This document shows positions 1 through 10,533 of a stretch of DNA of 64,000 bases, piece by piece; positions within the stretch are counted from its first letter, which is position 1; every line of letters begins with the position of its first letter. The DNA comes from Nanobdellota archaeon (GTDB lineage Archaea > Nanobdellota > Nanobdellia > Pacearchaeales > GW2011-AR1): contig JBBSXC010000004.1 of the NCBI GenBank assembly GCA_038045945.1, positions 1-64,000 on the forward strand. The letters are read 5' to 3'. The notes beneath the pieces were generated by a model. That model was not told the DNA's origin. It saw nothing but the letters and a program-made list of their open reading frames with translations, and made no database searches. A program made the position numbers and the translations under genes.

Positions 1-1101
<1,101 letters not shown>

Positions 1102-1159
1102 AAAAAAAGATTTTAGAAAAGGTTAGCCCCATTATGTGAAAATTCATCATCCTACTTGC

Positions 1160-1185
1160 TCTGAAAACTGTAAAACGTTTTCAGA
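1160..1185. repeat. Single hairpin TCTGAAAAC-N8-GTTTTCAGA, related to the dispersed hairpin family
   Basis: 9-bp perfect inverted repeat; arms resemble the CTGAAAAT..ATTTTCAG hairpins at 6011-6038 and 45194-45220. Confidence 0.55.
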
Positions 1186-1264
1186 AAAAATTCTTTATTT
1201 TAGTAATTAGTTAGCTTGAGCTCTACAACAAAGTTTAATAATTAATTAACCATTACCCAATCAC

Positions 1265-1624
1265 ATGATAAAAGAAAAAAGGGTAGTAAAAGAGCCATAT
1301 AATTTAAGCATTGGAGAAGTTGTAGTACATCCTGACGGTGATGTTGAAGGACTTGAAAGATCAATAAGAGCAGATAGTCCCGCAGGAAGAGAGATAATAA
1401 AATCAGCAGGCGCTAGCGGATGGTTCCCAAGAATAAGAGGAAGAAAAGATATTCCTCAAGAAAATAGAGGCCCAGGAACAGTATTAAGAGTCGATTATTT
1501 TGCAGATGATGAGAGAGACGGAGCAGGAATAAAAAGGAACGGTTTTGGAGCATCACTAACATGGGATGAATACATAAAAATCGGCAAGAAAGCAGTTATA
1601 ACAGAAAGAAGAAGTTACGAATAA
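1265..1624 (+). CDS. Hypothetical protein
   Basis: 119-aa ORF with an upstream BRE/TATA-like AAAGTTTAATAA (~1231); no recognisable motif. Confidence 0.7.
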   Translation: MIKEKRVVKEPYNLSIGEVVVHPDGDVEGLERSIRADSPAGREIIKSAGASGWFPRIRGRKDIPQENRGPGTVLRVDYFADDERDGAGIKRNGFGASLTWDEYIKIGKKAVITERRSYE

Positions 1625-1686
1625 AAAAAACTTTCCAAACTATTGATAATAAAGTATATAAAACGATAATGCTTTAATAAGTCGTT

Positions 1687-1851
1687 ATGGCAACACAGAA
1701 ATTTGTTAATGGCTCTATGATGCTTGGATTAACAATAACAATTTTTAGTTTAGGATTCACATTCTCCCTAAGGTCTTTATTATCATCATTCCTACTTCTT
1801 TGTTCATTAATATTCGCATTTTTAACATATAAAGTATTCATGGAGCCTTAA
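1687..1851 (+). CDS. Small two-TM membrane protein (54 aa, not in the ORF track)
   Basis: Manual translation MATQKFVNGSMMLGLTITIFSLGFTFSLRSLLSSFLLLCSLIFAFLTYKVFMEP*; TATA AAAGTATATAAA ~25 nt upstream; ends 8 nt before mscL. Confidence 0.65.
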   Translation: MATQKFVNGSMMLGLTITIFSLGFTFSLRSLLSSFLLLCSLIFAFLTYKVFMEP

Positions 1852-1859
1852 AAAAAAAC

Positions 1860-2180
1860 ATGCCTAACAGAATATTTTTAGATTTTAGTGAATTTTTGAA
1901 AGAGTACAAAATTGTCGGTTTAGCAGTAGCATTCGTTATTGGTACAGCAGCATCAGTCCTTGTTAAATCATTAGTCGATAACATAATAATGCCACTAATC
2001 ACCCCATTCATCCCTAATGGTGCTTGGCAAACAGCAACTTTTAGCATGGGACCAATAGTTATTGGTTGGGGACCATTTCTTAGCGCACTAATAAACTTCA
2101 CAATAATAGCAATAACAGTATTCCTAGTAGCAAGACACTTCATAAAGAAAGAAAAAGAAGCACAAACAAAGAAAAAATAG
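1860..2180 (+). CDS. mscL: Large-conductance mechanosensitive channel
   Basis: FSEFL..IVGLAVAFVIG..LVKSLVDNIIMPLI and GPFLSALINFTII motifs. Confidence 0.93.
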   Translation: MPNRIFLDFSEFLKEYKIVGLAVAFVIGTAASVLVKSLVDNIIMPLITPFIPNGAWQTATFSMGPIVIGWGPFLSALINFTIIAITVFLVARHFIKKEKEAQTKKK

Positions 2181-2225
2181 TTAACCCGTAACAAAACTTA
2201 AAAACCCCCAAGTCCTTACTTTTCT

Positions 2226-2715
2226 GAGTAGTTGGGTAGTCAATCTACGGAGATCTAAACCATAATAGGTTGAGTGTCGCTAAACTTCAAAATCAATAGA
2301 TTTTGAGGCCTCAAGAATTAATATTCTTGAAGATTAATCGATACGATTTCTGAGGAAGGTCCACACACCAGCTCCTATAACTAGGAGTTATAATTATCCA
2401 CATGAGTGGCTGGCCGCGAGGTCAAGCTCTGCTACAGAAACGACACAGCCCTAAATGAGCAGTGAACCCTTGGGGGAAGCAAAGACTTTAGGGACATGAT
2501 GAAACGCGAAACGTTGAGAAAAACGTATTCGAGTACTTGGTTTACCAAGTATTAGCATCTTGGTTGGTGCAAGGCAAAAATGCCGCTAAGTCAAATATTG
2601 ACACGAAAAGTTCGTCCTGAAATATCGAGAAACGAAAGTTCCTCGTGACCTGGAAGATTAAAATCTTCAAGGAGGAAACGATTATCGACAAAAAGTGGCC
2701 TATTCCCAACTACTC
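2226..2715 (+). ncRNA. rnpB: RNase P RNA, archaeal type, enlarged (~490 nt)
   Basis: 11-bp P1 GAGTAGTTGGG/CCCAACTACTC; P2 GTCAAT/ATTGAC; CR-I GAGGAAGGTCCAC; ACAGAAAC; CGCTAAGTCAAAT; CR-V ACAAAAAGTGGCCTA; TATA box upstream (~2197). Confidence 0.92.
2285..2332. repeat. Tandem-hairpin element inside the P3 extension of RNase P RNA
   Basis: CTTCAAAATC-aata-GATTTTGAGG followed by cc-TCAAGAAT-taat-ATTCTTGA. Confidence 0.75.
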
Positions 2716-2751
2716 AAAATTATTTTTAATAGTAAAAAGAAGAAATAACAT

Positions 2752-4641
2752 TTACTTTTTTCTGTATCTTACTTTGTTGTTAATGTTCTTCTTTTTGAAC
2801 TTGTCTTTTAATAAGTAAGCAGCAACACCTAAAACCAAAACTATTATTATAACATAAACCCATGTTTTAGAGGCTGATGATTGTGACTCTTCACCAACGC
2901 TTTCTTGGCTGTCAGAAGTATCATTAGTTACGGTTGATGAGTTACTAATTCCTGAAGGTTGAGCCGATAGAGTTTTTTCAATAATTGAACTAATAGTGAA
3001 GTTTGCTTTACCACCACTAATAGAGTTAAGAGTTATTTGAGTATCATAATTGCCGTCGCCATCAGTATCAAACTTTTTTGTTTCCCCAACACTCATAGTA
3101 GCTGTTTGAGTAGTGCTTCTAACTTCAATATTAGCCGTAGTTGTTGTTAAGCTCTTAACACCAGCATAATGGTTTTCAGTGCCACTAATACCAGAACTGC
3201 CAGTAGTCTTTATAGTAAACCTTACTTGTTCGTTAGCAGATAATGAAATAGTGTAACCTGAAGTGAATTGTGCGTTACTAATAGTATAAGTGTTCTTCCA
3301 ACCAGCATTAGTTGATGATCCACCACTACCACTACTGCTCGAAGATGAGCAATCATCAGTGGTGAAAGAAGATGAAGAGCTTGCTCCAGAATTACCAGAA
3401 TAATCAACGCAAGTAACTATGTAAGAGTAAGAATTACCACAAGCAAGAATATCCTCAGTCGATGTTTGAACAGTACTACCAGAGCCCGTAACTGATGCAC
3501 CAGCCCTATTAGTTGAGCAAATACCATTAATCCCAGATCCAGATTCACTTATTGAGATATTAATAATTAGTTTGTTCTGAGTTGAAGTGCTAGACCTTGT
3601 TAAAGTAATAGTAGGCGTAATAGTATCAACTCTTATGAATCTTGAAATTGTTGTCTCGTTAAGGTTCCCAGCAGTATCAGCAGCTGTAATGTTAAGCATG
3701 TATAAACCATTAGCTATTCCTGAAAAGTTGTAAGTTGCAGAATCAGTGGTTGTAACATTTGATTGATTATATATCCCAGTAGAGTTGAACAAGTAGAATC
3801 TAACAACAACAGATGATGCAGAGTCAGTTATGCTCGCGTTAGCAGTAAATTCCGATAATGAGGTATTAACTCCATTAGCAGGATTAGAACTTCCGAATGA
3901 TAAATTTGTAGGCGCAGAAGTATCAAGTCTTATAACAATATTAGTGCCAGTCAAGTTTTGATTACCAGTAGTGTCGTTAGCAGTTATGTTTGCGTAATAA
4001 ACACCCTCAGCTAGGCCACTAGTGTTCATAATAGCTGAGGTAGTACTAGTAGAATTTGTTTGATTAATCAATACTCTAGTAGCATTGAACAAGTAAATCC
4101 TTACAACGTTAACAGCTAAGTTATCAGTAGCCGTAGCATTAAGGTATATTTCCGTTCGGGATATATTTGTTCCACTTGTTGGAGAATTAAAAGAAACTGT
4201 TGCTGGAGCAGTAGTGTCGTTAATCTGAACCGTAATATTAGTGCTGTTAACAGTAGTAGCATTAGTAACAACAACTGTCAGATTGAAGTATCCTGGAGTT
4301 GAAGCGGTAGCATTAAATAAGAAATTATTAGCTGTAACATTCATAACTAAACCACTAGAGTTAGTCCAAGTAAGAATTGTCGAAGTATTAGAGAAAAAAC
4401 CGTTAGTAGCAGTGGTAGCATTACTACCGGATAAGAAAGTAAAAGATGAAGGCAGAGTAATATTAACTTGAGTTATATTAGCAGTAGCGGCAACTTCAGT
4501 AACATTAACAGTTATGTTATAACGAGAAGTAACATCTTCAACAGGATTAAAAGATGTTGGAGTAATAAGTATCGAAGCAATAACAAAACTTGCGCAAATT
4601 AGCAGTATAGTAACAAAATTAAATTTTTTATTTTTAAACAT
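2752..4641 (-). CDS. Cell-surface glycoprotein with Ig-like repeats, Ser/Gly linker, DxDGDG motif and C-terminal TM anchor
   Basis: Signal peptide; repeated DTTAP..G.Y..NITA.D..GN units; many N-x-S/T sequons; TM followed by a basic tail. Start taken at MFKNKK. Confidence 0.85.
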   Translation of the reverse strand: MFKNKKFNFVTILLICASFVIASILITPTSFNPVEDVTSRYNITVNVTEVAATANITQVNITLPSSFTFLSGSNATTATNGFFSNTSTILTWTNSSGLVMNVTANNFLFNATASTPGYFNLTVVVTNATTVNSTNITVQINDTTAPATVSFNSPTSGTNISRTEIYLNATATDNLAVNVVRIYLFNATRVLINQTNSTSTTSAIMNTSGLAEGVYYANITANDTTGNQNLTGTNIVIRLDTSAPTNLSFGSSNPANGVNTSLSEFTANASITDSASSVVVRFYLFNSTGIYNQSNVTTTDSATYNFSGIANGLYMLNITAADTAGNLNETTISRFIRVDTITPTITLTRSSTSTQNKLIINISISESGSGINGICSTNRAGASVTGSGSTVQTSTEDILACGNSYSYIVTCVDYSGNSGASSSSSFTTDDCSSSSSSGSGGSSTNAGWKNTYTISNAQFTSGYTISLSANEQVRFTIKTTGSSGISGTENHYAGVKSLTTTTANIEVRSTTQTATMSVGETKKFDTDGDGNYDTQITLNSISGGKANFTISSIIEKTLSAQPSGISNSSTVTNDTSDSQESVGEESQSSASKTWVYVIIIVLVLGVAAYLLKDKFKKKNINNKVRYRKK

Positions 4642-4760
4642 TTCACACCCTTTTCTCATTTTCTTAAACTAATCCTGTTTAAATACTTTACCCCCAGGCG
4701 ATAGTAAACAAAAAAACTATTATGAAAAATAATAATCATTAAAAAAGGTCTTAACTCTAT

Positions 4761-5300
4761 TTGTTAATGACAAAAGATTCTGATAAAAAAATATTAAGAC
4801 CAAGTCAGACACTTCTAGACTTATTAGGATTTATTCCAGAAAAACCAGTAATTAGTAGAGAAATAAACTTAACAAAAATTACGGGAAATTATACGCCACT
4901 ACCGATGATCAAAGAATTATTAGGAATAATAAAAAGGTTTTATGGTGAAACAATAGGAGAATTGTTTGAGCAAAAATTCTCTCTAGTGACTCATGAATCA
5001 TTAGAAAACTCTCGAGTTCACGGATCAAAAAAAGGAAGAAAATATGGAATAACACTATACTTATGTAAAAGAGGAACAATTAGTGGTTTTTGGGATGATG
5101 GAGAATTTTTTAGAGGTAGAGGAATTAAAGAGCAGTTTGAATCAAGGACAAAAATACGAGAAGAACAATTCGAACTTGCAGAAGATGATGAAAGAGCAGG
5201 CAGGATGGGAGCACAAACAATTTACGGTTACGCAGACATAATAGAAGTAGACAACAAAGAAGGAGTTTTATGGTTGGGGCAAAGAGTCTCACAGCAATAA
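4761..5300 (+). CDS. Hypothetical protein
   Basis: 179-aa ORF, no motif recognised; the true start may be the ATG at 4767. Confidence 0.7.
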   Translation: MLMTKDSDKKILRPSQTLLDLLGFIPEKPVISREINLTKITGNYTPLPMIKELLGIIKRFYGETIGELFEQKFSLVTHESLENSRVHGSKKGRKYGITLYLCKRGTISGFWDDGEFFRGRGIKEQFESRTKIREEQFELAEDDERAGRMGAQTIYGYADIIEVDNKEGVLWLGQRVSQQ

Positions 5301-5317
5301 AAACCTCTTTAGAGAAA

Positions 5318-5372
5318 CTTTAAAAATAAAAATTTTTGAGGCTTTAACAACGAAAAAACAGTATGTTAAAGT
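5318..5372. repeat. Tandem-hairpin element abutting the tRNA-Phe promoter
   Basis: CTTTAAAAAT-aaaa-ATTTTTGAGG followed by CTTTAACA..TGTTAAAG; the first half aligns with 2282-2309. Confidence 0.65.
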
Positions 5373-5410
5373 TTAAAAACTAAAAAAATCTAAAGAACTC
5401 GTAAACAATT

Positions 5411-5482
5411 GGGGGCTTAGCTCAGCGGGAGAGCAATCGACTGAAGCTCGATAGGTCCCAGGTTCAATCCCTGGAGCCCCCA
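5411..5482 (+). tRNA. tRNA-Phe(GAA), intronless, CCA not encoded
   Basis: Acceptor GGGGGCT/AGCCCCC+A; anticodon arm ATCGA-CT-GAA-GC-TCGAT; T-loop TTCAATC. Confidence 0.97.
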
Positions 5483-5493
5483 TAATAAAAACA

Positions 5494-5727
5494 ATGGTAG
5501 AGATAAGCAATCATAAATCAAAGTACTTCAATTCTGAAGAAATTCTAGAACAAGCAAATAGTTTAGAGGTTAGAGCAGATGGCGAAGTAGGTGAAATGGC
5601 AGAAATACTCAGAGAAAAGTCTAGAGAACTAAGGGGCGCAGCAGCACTAAACAGAACACTAAGAGACTTTAGGTATGTTGGATCTTTACTTTCACTTAGA
5701 CATTATGAATTATCATCCTATGAATAA
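5494..5727 (+). CDS. Small helical hypothetical protein
   Basis: 77-aa ORF directly after the tRNA; stop/start overlap (TAATG) with the next ORF. Confidence 0.6.
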   Translation: MVEISNHKSKYFNSEEILEQANSLEVRADGEVGEMAEILREKSRELRGAAALNRTLRDFRYVGSLLSLRHYELSSYE

Positions 5728-5981
5728 TGAAAAGTTTTAGAGACTATCAGTATGCTGAGCCAAGGGAATTAGTAAGAAGAGCAGAAATTTTAGAATACAA
5801 AGCTTATGGAGGAAAAACTTGTGAGGCAGTAAGTTTACAATATAGAAACTCTGTAGATCATTTGATGTCACAAGCGTTCATTTTAAGAAAGCAAGCAGAT
5901 GTTATGGAAACAAGTTTAAAAATCCCTGGCAGAGCTTACAGGTTTATTACAGCCCTTCAACAAATGATGCTCATTTTCTGA
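5727..5981 (+). CDS. Small helical hypothetical protein, possible paralog of the upstream ORF
   Basis: 84 aa; LVRRAEILEYKAYG vs ILEQANSLEVRADG and AFILRKQA vs AEILREKS. Confidence 0.6.
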   Translation: MKSFRDYQYAEPRELVRRAEILEYKAYGGKTCEAVSLQYRNSVDHLMSQAFILRKQADVMETSLKIPGRAYRFITALQQMMLIF

Positions 5982-5987
5982 AAACAC

Positions 5988-6038
5988 TAAAATCATTAGA
6001 TTTTATGGTCCTGAAAATTAATAATGCTAAATTTTCAG
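5988..6038. repeat. Tandem-hairpin element
   Basis: TAAAATC-atta-GATTTTA, linker tggtc, CTGAAAATT-N10-AATTTTCAG; immediately before the TATA box TTTAAATA. Confidence 0.75.
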
Positions 6039-6072
6039 AACATTTAAATACGTATTTATTCTCACATAACTA

Positions 6073-6615
6073 ATGAGAAATCAAAGGGGTGCGCTAGAGA
6101 TGAGTGTTGGAACAATAGTGATAATAGTACTAGCAATGACAATGTTGATATTGGGCCTTGTACTAGTTAAAAGTATTTTTTCTGGAGCAACATATAACGT
6201 TAAAGTAATGGATGAAAAAGTTAAGGCAGAAATAAACAAGTTATTCGTAGAAAATAAGAGAATGGTAGTATACTTATCGGACAGTAAATTAGACGTAAAG
6301 CAAGGAGGAGACTGGGGAGTAGCATGGGGAGTGAAAAATTATGGGACACCAACAACATTCTCATTCACAGTAGCACCATTAGAGATACAGCCAGGATGCC
6401 AATTAACAATGGCACAAGCAACAGACTGGATAACACTAGGAAGAAGCGGAAGCGCAATATCATTCCCAGCAGGAGACTTAGTACCAGGATACACAAGACT
6501 GCTAATACCAGAAACAGCACCATTATGTTTAGTAAGATACAAAATAGAAGTAAAAACAGCAGACGGACAAACATACGCACAAGAATTCTTCGACCTTAAC
6601 GTAGAAGCAAAATAA
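6073..6615 (+). CDS. Type IV pilin-like protein (class III signal peptide)
   Basis: MRNQRG|ALEMSVGTIVIIVLAMTMLILGLVLV followed by a beta-rich domain with a Cys pair. Confidence 0.8.
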   Translation: MRNQRGALEMSVGTIVIIVLAMTMLILGLVLVKSIFSGATYNVKVMDEKVKAEINKLFVENKRMVVYLSDSKLDVKQGGDWGVAWGVKNYGTPTTFSFTVAPLEIQPGCQLTMAQATDWITLGRSGSAISFPAGDLVPGYTRLLIPETAPLCLVRYKIEVKTADGQTYAQEFFDLNVEAK

Positions 6616-6723
6616 TAAGATAAAAGCAGAAAAGATTTGTATAAAATAATACGATTTATTTGTAACTTTGTAGTTACAACCTTTTAGAAAGGTTTATAAA
6701 AGAGTTGAAACTCTGTAGTAGTA

Positions 6724-8229
6724 ATGAATAAGTCATACTCTCATGCACTTAAAGTTTTATCGGCAATAATTGTAGTTTTTGCTTTTGTTTCATTAACTAG
6801 TGCTGCAGACTTTTTTTCTTTAGGCAACTACCAAGTTAGAGAATCAGGACTAACTGTAACTGACGAATCCGGTATTACTCTACCAGGAAACTTTGTTATT
6901 ACTGGTTTAGGCATTGGTATGAGCTATAACCCAGATAGATCTAACGCTGGAGAGGTTGGATCTTATGTAATGAAGCCTATTCTAATCGTAGCTAGAGAAT
7001 TAATGAATGATGGTTCTTTCGGTCCTGAAAAAGAATTCTTAACTGGAAGTAAAAGCAATGTTGAGAAAACTATCAGACTTAGCTCAGGATACTTAATAAC
7101 TGGTTGGGGAGCTAAGGTTCAACAAGGCGCTGATTGGTCTTCATCAAGAATAATTTATCTTGAAGTTAGAGCTAGAAAACTAAATAATAACACTTTAGGA
7201 CCTGAAGAAGTCTTCAAAGCAGGCAATATTGATAAGAACGCCGATAGAATAATAAAACTTGATGATGGATTCGTTGCTACTTACATCGGTGGAAGAGTTG
7301 CTCACGCTAGCCTTACTAAAGCAAGTATTGGCGGACAAAAATTATTAGTTAACAACAACCAGATAATAATCAATAACACTAACCAAACTACTAACCCTAA
7401 TCAAACCACTAATGACACTATAAGCCTTACAATAATTAACCCAAACATTGTAGCTAGAGAAGGAGACCTTGTAAGAATCAATTTTGCTGCTTTCAGTACT
7501 GGCGGAAGCCTAAGCTTCTTCATCTCAAGCCCTTTCAATAGCACATTTACTAGTGCAACCGATAATGAAGGATGGCAAACAAAGATTGGAGACGCTGGAT
7601 CCTACATTGTTAATTTCACTGCAAAAAACGAAAAAAATAGTGCAACAATTAAGGTTAACGTAACAATACTCCCATTCATAAACAACACTAACAACCAAAC
7701 AAATAATCAAACTAACAATTCTAATAATGCGCCAATAATAAGATCAGTCAGATACACTGGCGATGAAGAAGGCGACACTTTTAGAATAATTGTTGACGCT
7801 TACGACCCTGACAATAACACTTTAACTACTACTTGCTCAAGCCCTTTCGGCAACGATTGCAAGTGGGAAACTGAAGAAGGAGACGCCGATGATTACAACG
7901 TTTTAGTTACTGTTAGTGACGGAACACTGTCAACTTCTAGAACTATAAAAGTTGTTGTTGACGAATATGACAACGATGACAGCGATGGTAGCGGTATTAG
8001 ACATGTTGGCGAATTCCAAGATAACGACTTAGCTTATAACAACTTACTATACAACTCCCAAGATGCTATGCAAGACTCTACTAAGCTAAACATGCCTGAA
8101 GAATCCTACAACATAATTAGCAGTGCTAAAAGCAGCAATATTTTCGCACTAATGACCCTTTTCTTAAGCCTCATCGTTGTACTAATTGTTGTTATAATCT
8201 TAACAATACTATACAAAAGAGCAAATTAA
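6724..8229 (+). CDS. Surface protein with an N-terminal three-repeat beta-prism/jacalin-like domain, Ig/cadherin-like domains and a C-terminal TM
   Basis: Repeats LPGNFVITGLG / LSSGYLITGWG / LDDGFVATYIG; ARELMNDGSFGPE vs ARKLNNNTLGPE; NNAP..AYDPDN..VTVSDG; Asn/Thr linkers. Confidence 0.75.
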   Translation: MNKSYSHALKVLSAIIVVFAFVSLTSAADFFSLGNYQVRESGLTVTDESGITLPGNFVITGLGIGMSYNPDRSNAGEVGSYVMKPILIVARELMNDGSFGPEKEFLTGSKSNVEKTIRLSSGYLITGWGAKVQQGADWSSSRIIYLEVRARKLNNNTLGPEEVFKAGNIDKNADRIIKLDDGFVATYIGGRVAHASLTKASIGGQKLLVNNNQIIINNTNQTTNPNQTTNDTISLTIINPNIVAREGDLVRINFAAFSTGGSLSFFISSPFNSTFTSATDNEGWQTKIGDAGSYIVNFTAKNEKNSATIKVNVTILPFINNTNNQTNNQTNNSNNAPIIRSVRYTGDEEGDTFRIIVDAYDPDNNTLTTTCSSPFGNDCKWETEEGDADDYNVLVTVSDGTLSTSRTIKVVVDEYDNDDSDGSGIRHVGEFQDNDLAYNNLLYNSQDAMQDSTKLNMPEESYNIISSAKSSNIFALMTLFLSLIVVLIVVIILTILYKRAN

Positions 8230-8262
8230 TTCATTTTTTCTCTAACACTAACTTTTCATACA

Positions 8263-8315
8263 TAAAAATTTGTTTACAAATTTTTGGTCTAAAAATCCTG
8301 TACATAGGATTTTTA
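8263..8315. repeat. Tandem-hairpin element overlapping the cysS promoter
   Basis: AAAAATTTGT-tt-ACAAATTTTT, linker ggtc, TAAAAATCCT-gtacat-AGGATTTTTA. Confidence 0.75.
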
Positions 8316-8338
8316 TATCACTAATCCCGAGTAGAATA

Positions 8339-9751
8339 ATGGTAAGTAAAGGAAAAGTATACTTGTATAATTCTTTAACGCGAAAAAAAGAATTATTAGT
8401 ACCGTCTAAAAAAGATACTGTAGGTTTCTATTCTTGTGGGCCGACAGTTTATTGGTACCAACACGTTGGTAACATGAGAGCTTACACAGCATGGGATGTA
8501 CTAAAGAGGGTTCTAGAATATAATGGTTATTCGGTAAACCATGTTATGAATTATACAGATGTTGGACACCTCAGTAGCGATGCTGACAGTGGAGATGACA
8601 AGATGGAAAAAGCCGCTAAGAAAGAAGGTAAAACTGCTAAAGAAATAGCTGACTTCTACATTAAAGATTTTGAGCAGCAGTGCTCATTACTAAACATTAT
8701 CCCACCAAAACATAAACCTAGAGCAACAGAATACATTAAAAAAATGATTGATTTCATAAAAGTTTTAGAAAAAAAAGGTTATACTTACAAAACAAGTGAT
8801 GGAATATATTTTGATACATCAAAAATTTCTGATTACGGAGCACTTATTGGCGGGATAAACAAGGAAGAATTAGAAGCGGGTAAAAGAGTTGACATGGGAG
8901 AAAAAAAGAGCAGTACGGATTTTGCATTATGGAAATTTTCAGAAAAAGAAGTATCCAGACAACAAGAATGGCCTTCACCTTGGGGCACAGGCTATCCAGG
9001 ATGGCATATTGAATGTTCAGTAATGGGACATGAACTACTAGGAGAAGTTATTGACATACACAGCGGTGGCCAAGATCATCGTCAAATTCATCACCCTAAC
9101 GAAATGGCTCAGAACGAAGGCTTTTTCGGCCATGACATCGTCAAGATATGGCTCCACAATGGATTCTTAACAACACCAGGAGGGGATAAAATAAGCAAGA
9201 GCACTGGCTCAGCAGGACTTAAAACAATAATAGAACTAAAAAAAGATGGAATAAACCCTTTAGCTGTTCGTTACTTGTATTTATCAACTCATTATAGAAA
9301 ACCTTCCATCTTCACTACTGAAACTGTACAAGCAGCTACTAATTCCCTTAATTCAATAATCGCAAATTTTTTAGAATTCAAAAAAAACTCTAAAGAATTC
9401 TCTGTAAGAGAAAAAAAGACTAAACCCATTATTGACGAATTCAAAAAGACTGTTAATGATGACTTAAACATACCTAATTCTTTAGCAATAACTCATAACG
9501 TAATAAAAGAAAAAGGCCTTAACGACGCAGAAAAGTACGAACTAATAAAAAGCTTCGACAAGGTCTTAGGATTAGGCCTAGAACACATAAAGATTGAAAG
9601 CATACCTAAAGAAATAATTGCTATGGCCCAAGAAAGAGAGGAAGCTAGAAAAAACAAGGACTGGAAAAAAAGTGATTTGCTTAGAAACAAAATAAAAAAA
9701 GAAGGATACACAATAGAAGATTCACCAGAAGGATACAAAATAATAAAATGA
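8339..9751 (+). CDS. cysS: Cysteine--tRNA ligase
   Basis: CGPTVY, HVGN (HIGH-like), PGWHIECS, HHPNE and KISKS motifs; start reassigned to ATG 8339. Confidence 0.98.
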   Translation: MVSKGKVYLYNSLTRKKELLVPSKKDTVGFYSCGPTVYWYQHVGNMRAYTAWDVLKRVLEYNGYSVNHVMNYTDVGHLSSDADSGDDKMEKAAKKEGKTAKEIADFYIKDFEQQCSLLNIIPPKHKPRATEYIKKMIDFIKVLEKKGYTYKTSDGIYFDTSKISDYGALIGGINKEELEAGKRVDMGEKKSSTDFALWKFSEKEVSRQQEWPSPWGTGYPGWHIECSVMGHELLGEVIDIHSGGQDHRQIHHPNEMAQNEGFFGHDIVKIWLHNGFLTTPGGDKISKSTGSAGLKTIIELKKDGINPLAVRYLYLSTHYRKPSIFTTETVQAATNSLNSIIANFLEFKKNSKEFSVREKKTKPIIDEFKKTVNDDLNIPNSLAITHNVIKEKGLNDAEKYELIKSFDKVLGLGLEHIKIESIPKEIIAMAQEREEARKNKDWKKSDLLRNKIKKEGYTIEDSPEGYKIIK

Positions 9752-10230
9752 AATCTAAGCACGCATTAATAATTAACGGCCCATCAGGTGTCGGAAAAAG
9801 TGCCATATCATCATTAATCTGCAAAAAATACAATTACAAACACTGTGATATTGATGAGTTTAAACTATTATTTTCACAAGAACGATCTAAAGAGAGAACA
9901 AAGATTGGTGAAAAAACAGGATATTTTTATGCTAAAGAACTGATAAGAATGGGATATAACTTAGTAATAGAAGCAATACCAGACAAATATGCGGAAAAAT
10001 TAATACCACTACTTAAGAAAAATAATTATAAGTTTAGTCAGATAGTTCTAATTGCACCACTTGATCAATGTATAAAAAACAATAAGATGAGAAAAAGAAA
10101 GAGTTACAATGAAACAGTAATAAGAAACCTCTACAAGGGGCTCCTCCTAGTTAAAGGAGATAAAGTTGACATTTCAGGAAAATCTATAAATCAAGCCTAT
10201 AATGAAATCATTAAAAACTATTTAGCATAG
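9748..10230 (+). CDS. P-loop small-molecule/nucleotide kinase (AAA_33-like)
   Basis: Walker A GPSGVGKS; kinase-fold pattern. Confidence 0.8.
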   Translation: MKSKHALIINGPSGVGKSAISSLICKKYNYKHCDIDEFKLLFSQERSKERTKIGEKTGYFYAKELIRMGYNLVIEAIPDKYAEKLIPLLKKNNYKFSQIVLIAPLDQCIKNNKMRKRKSYNETVIRNLYKGLLLVKGDKVDISGKSINQAYNEIIKNYLA

Positions 10231-10260
10231 ATTTATATATAAGTTTATATAACTATTAAT

Positions 10261-10533
10261 ATGGAGTTATATAAAGACAAAGAAATTATTCATTATCCTA
10301 GCCTAAGAACTATGTTGATGATTGAGACGACTCTGAAAAGTGCAGAGAGAACCATTGATAGAGAGGAACTTAAGAGAAGACTCCCGTCAAAGATTATGCA
10401 CCAAACACTCAATGTCGCACTAAACTACTTAGAAGAAAGGGGAATGATTATTGATGGACACAAAGGAATATTATGGATTTATAATCCTAGCCCAAAGCTA
10501 AAAAAAGCAATTGATAAAGCAAGGGAGATCTAA
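10261..10533 (+). CDS. Winged-HTH protein, probable antitoxin
   Basis: wHTH pattern (EELKRRLP..HQTLNVALNYLEERG); TAATG coupling to a RelE-like gene. Confidence 0.7.
   Translation: MELYKDKEIIHYPSLRTMLMIETTLKSAERTIDREELKRRLPSKIMHQTLNVALNYLEERGMIIDGHKGILWIYNPSPKLKKAIDKAREI

Noticed and set aside
1102..1264. Possible 5S rRNA after the 23S
   Set aside because: No 5S-like helices or conserved loops; AT-rich spacer with one hairpin. The 5S gene is presumably unlinked.
6660..6679. Inverted repeat TTGTAACT-N4-AGTTACAA upstream of the 6724 promoter
   Set aside because: Could be an operator, but it is a single instance and does not match the hairpin family; too little support.
7360..7730. AAC/AAT-rich repeats as a possible DGR variable region or contingency locus
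   Set aside because: They encode Asn/Thr/Gln linkers; there is no template-repeat pair or reverse transcriptase in the window.
8270..8338. N-terminal extensions from upstream TTG/GTG/ATG starts in the track (cysS, rps19e, 13655, 16446, 28155, 35636, 41273, 62231)
   Set aside because: They overlap TATA boxes, hairpins or neighbouring genes; downstream ATGs fit family N-termini better.
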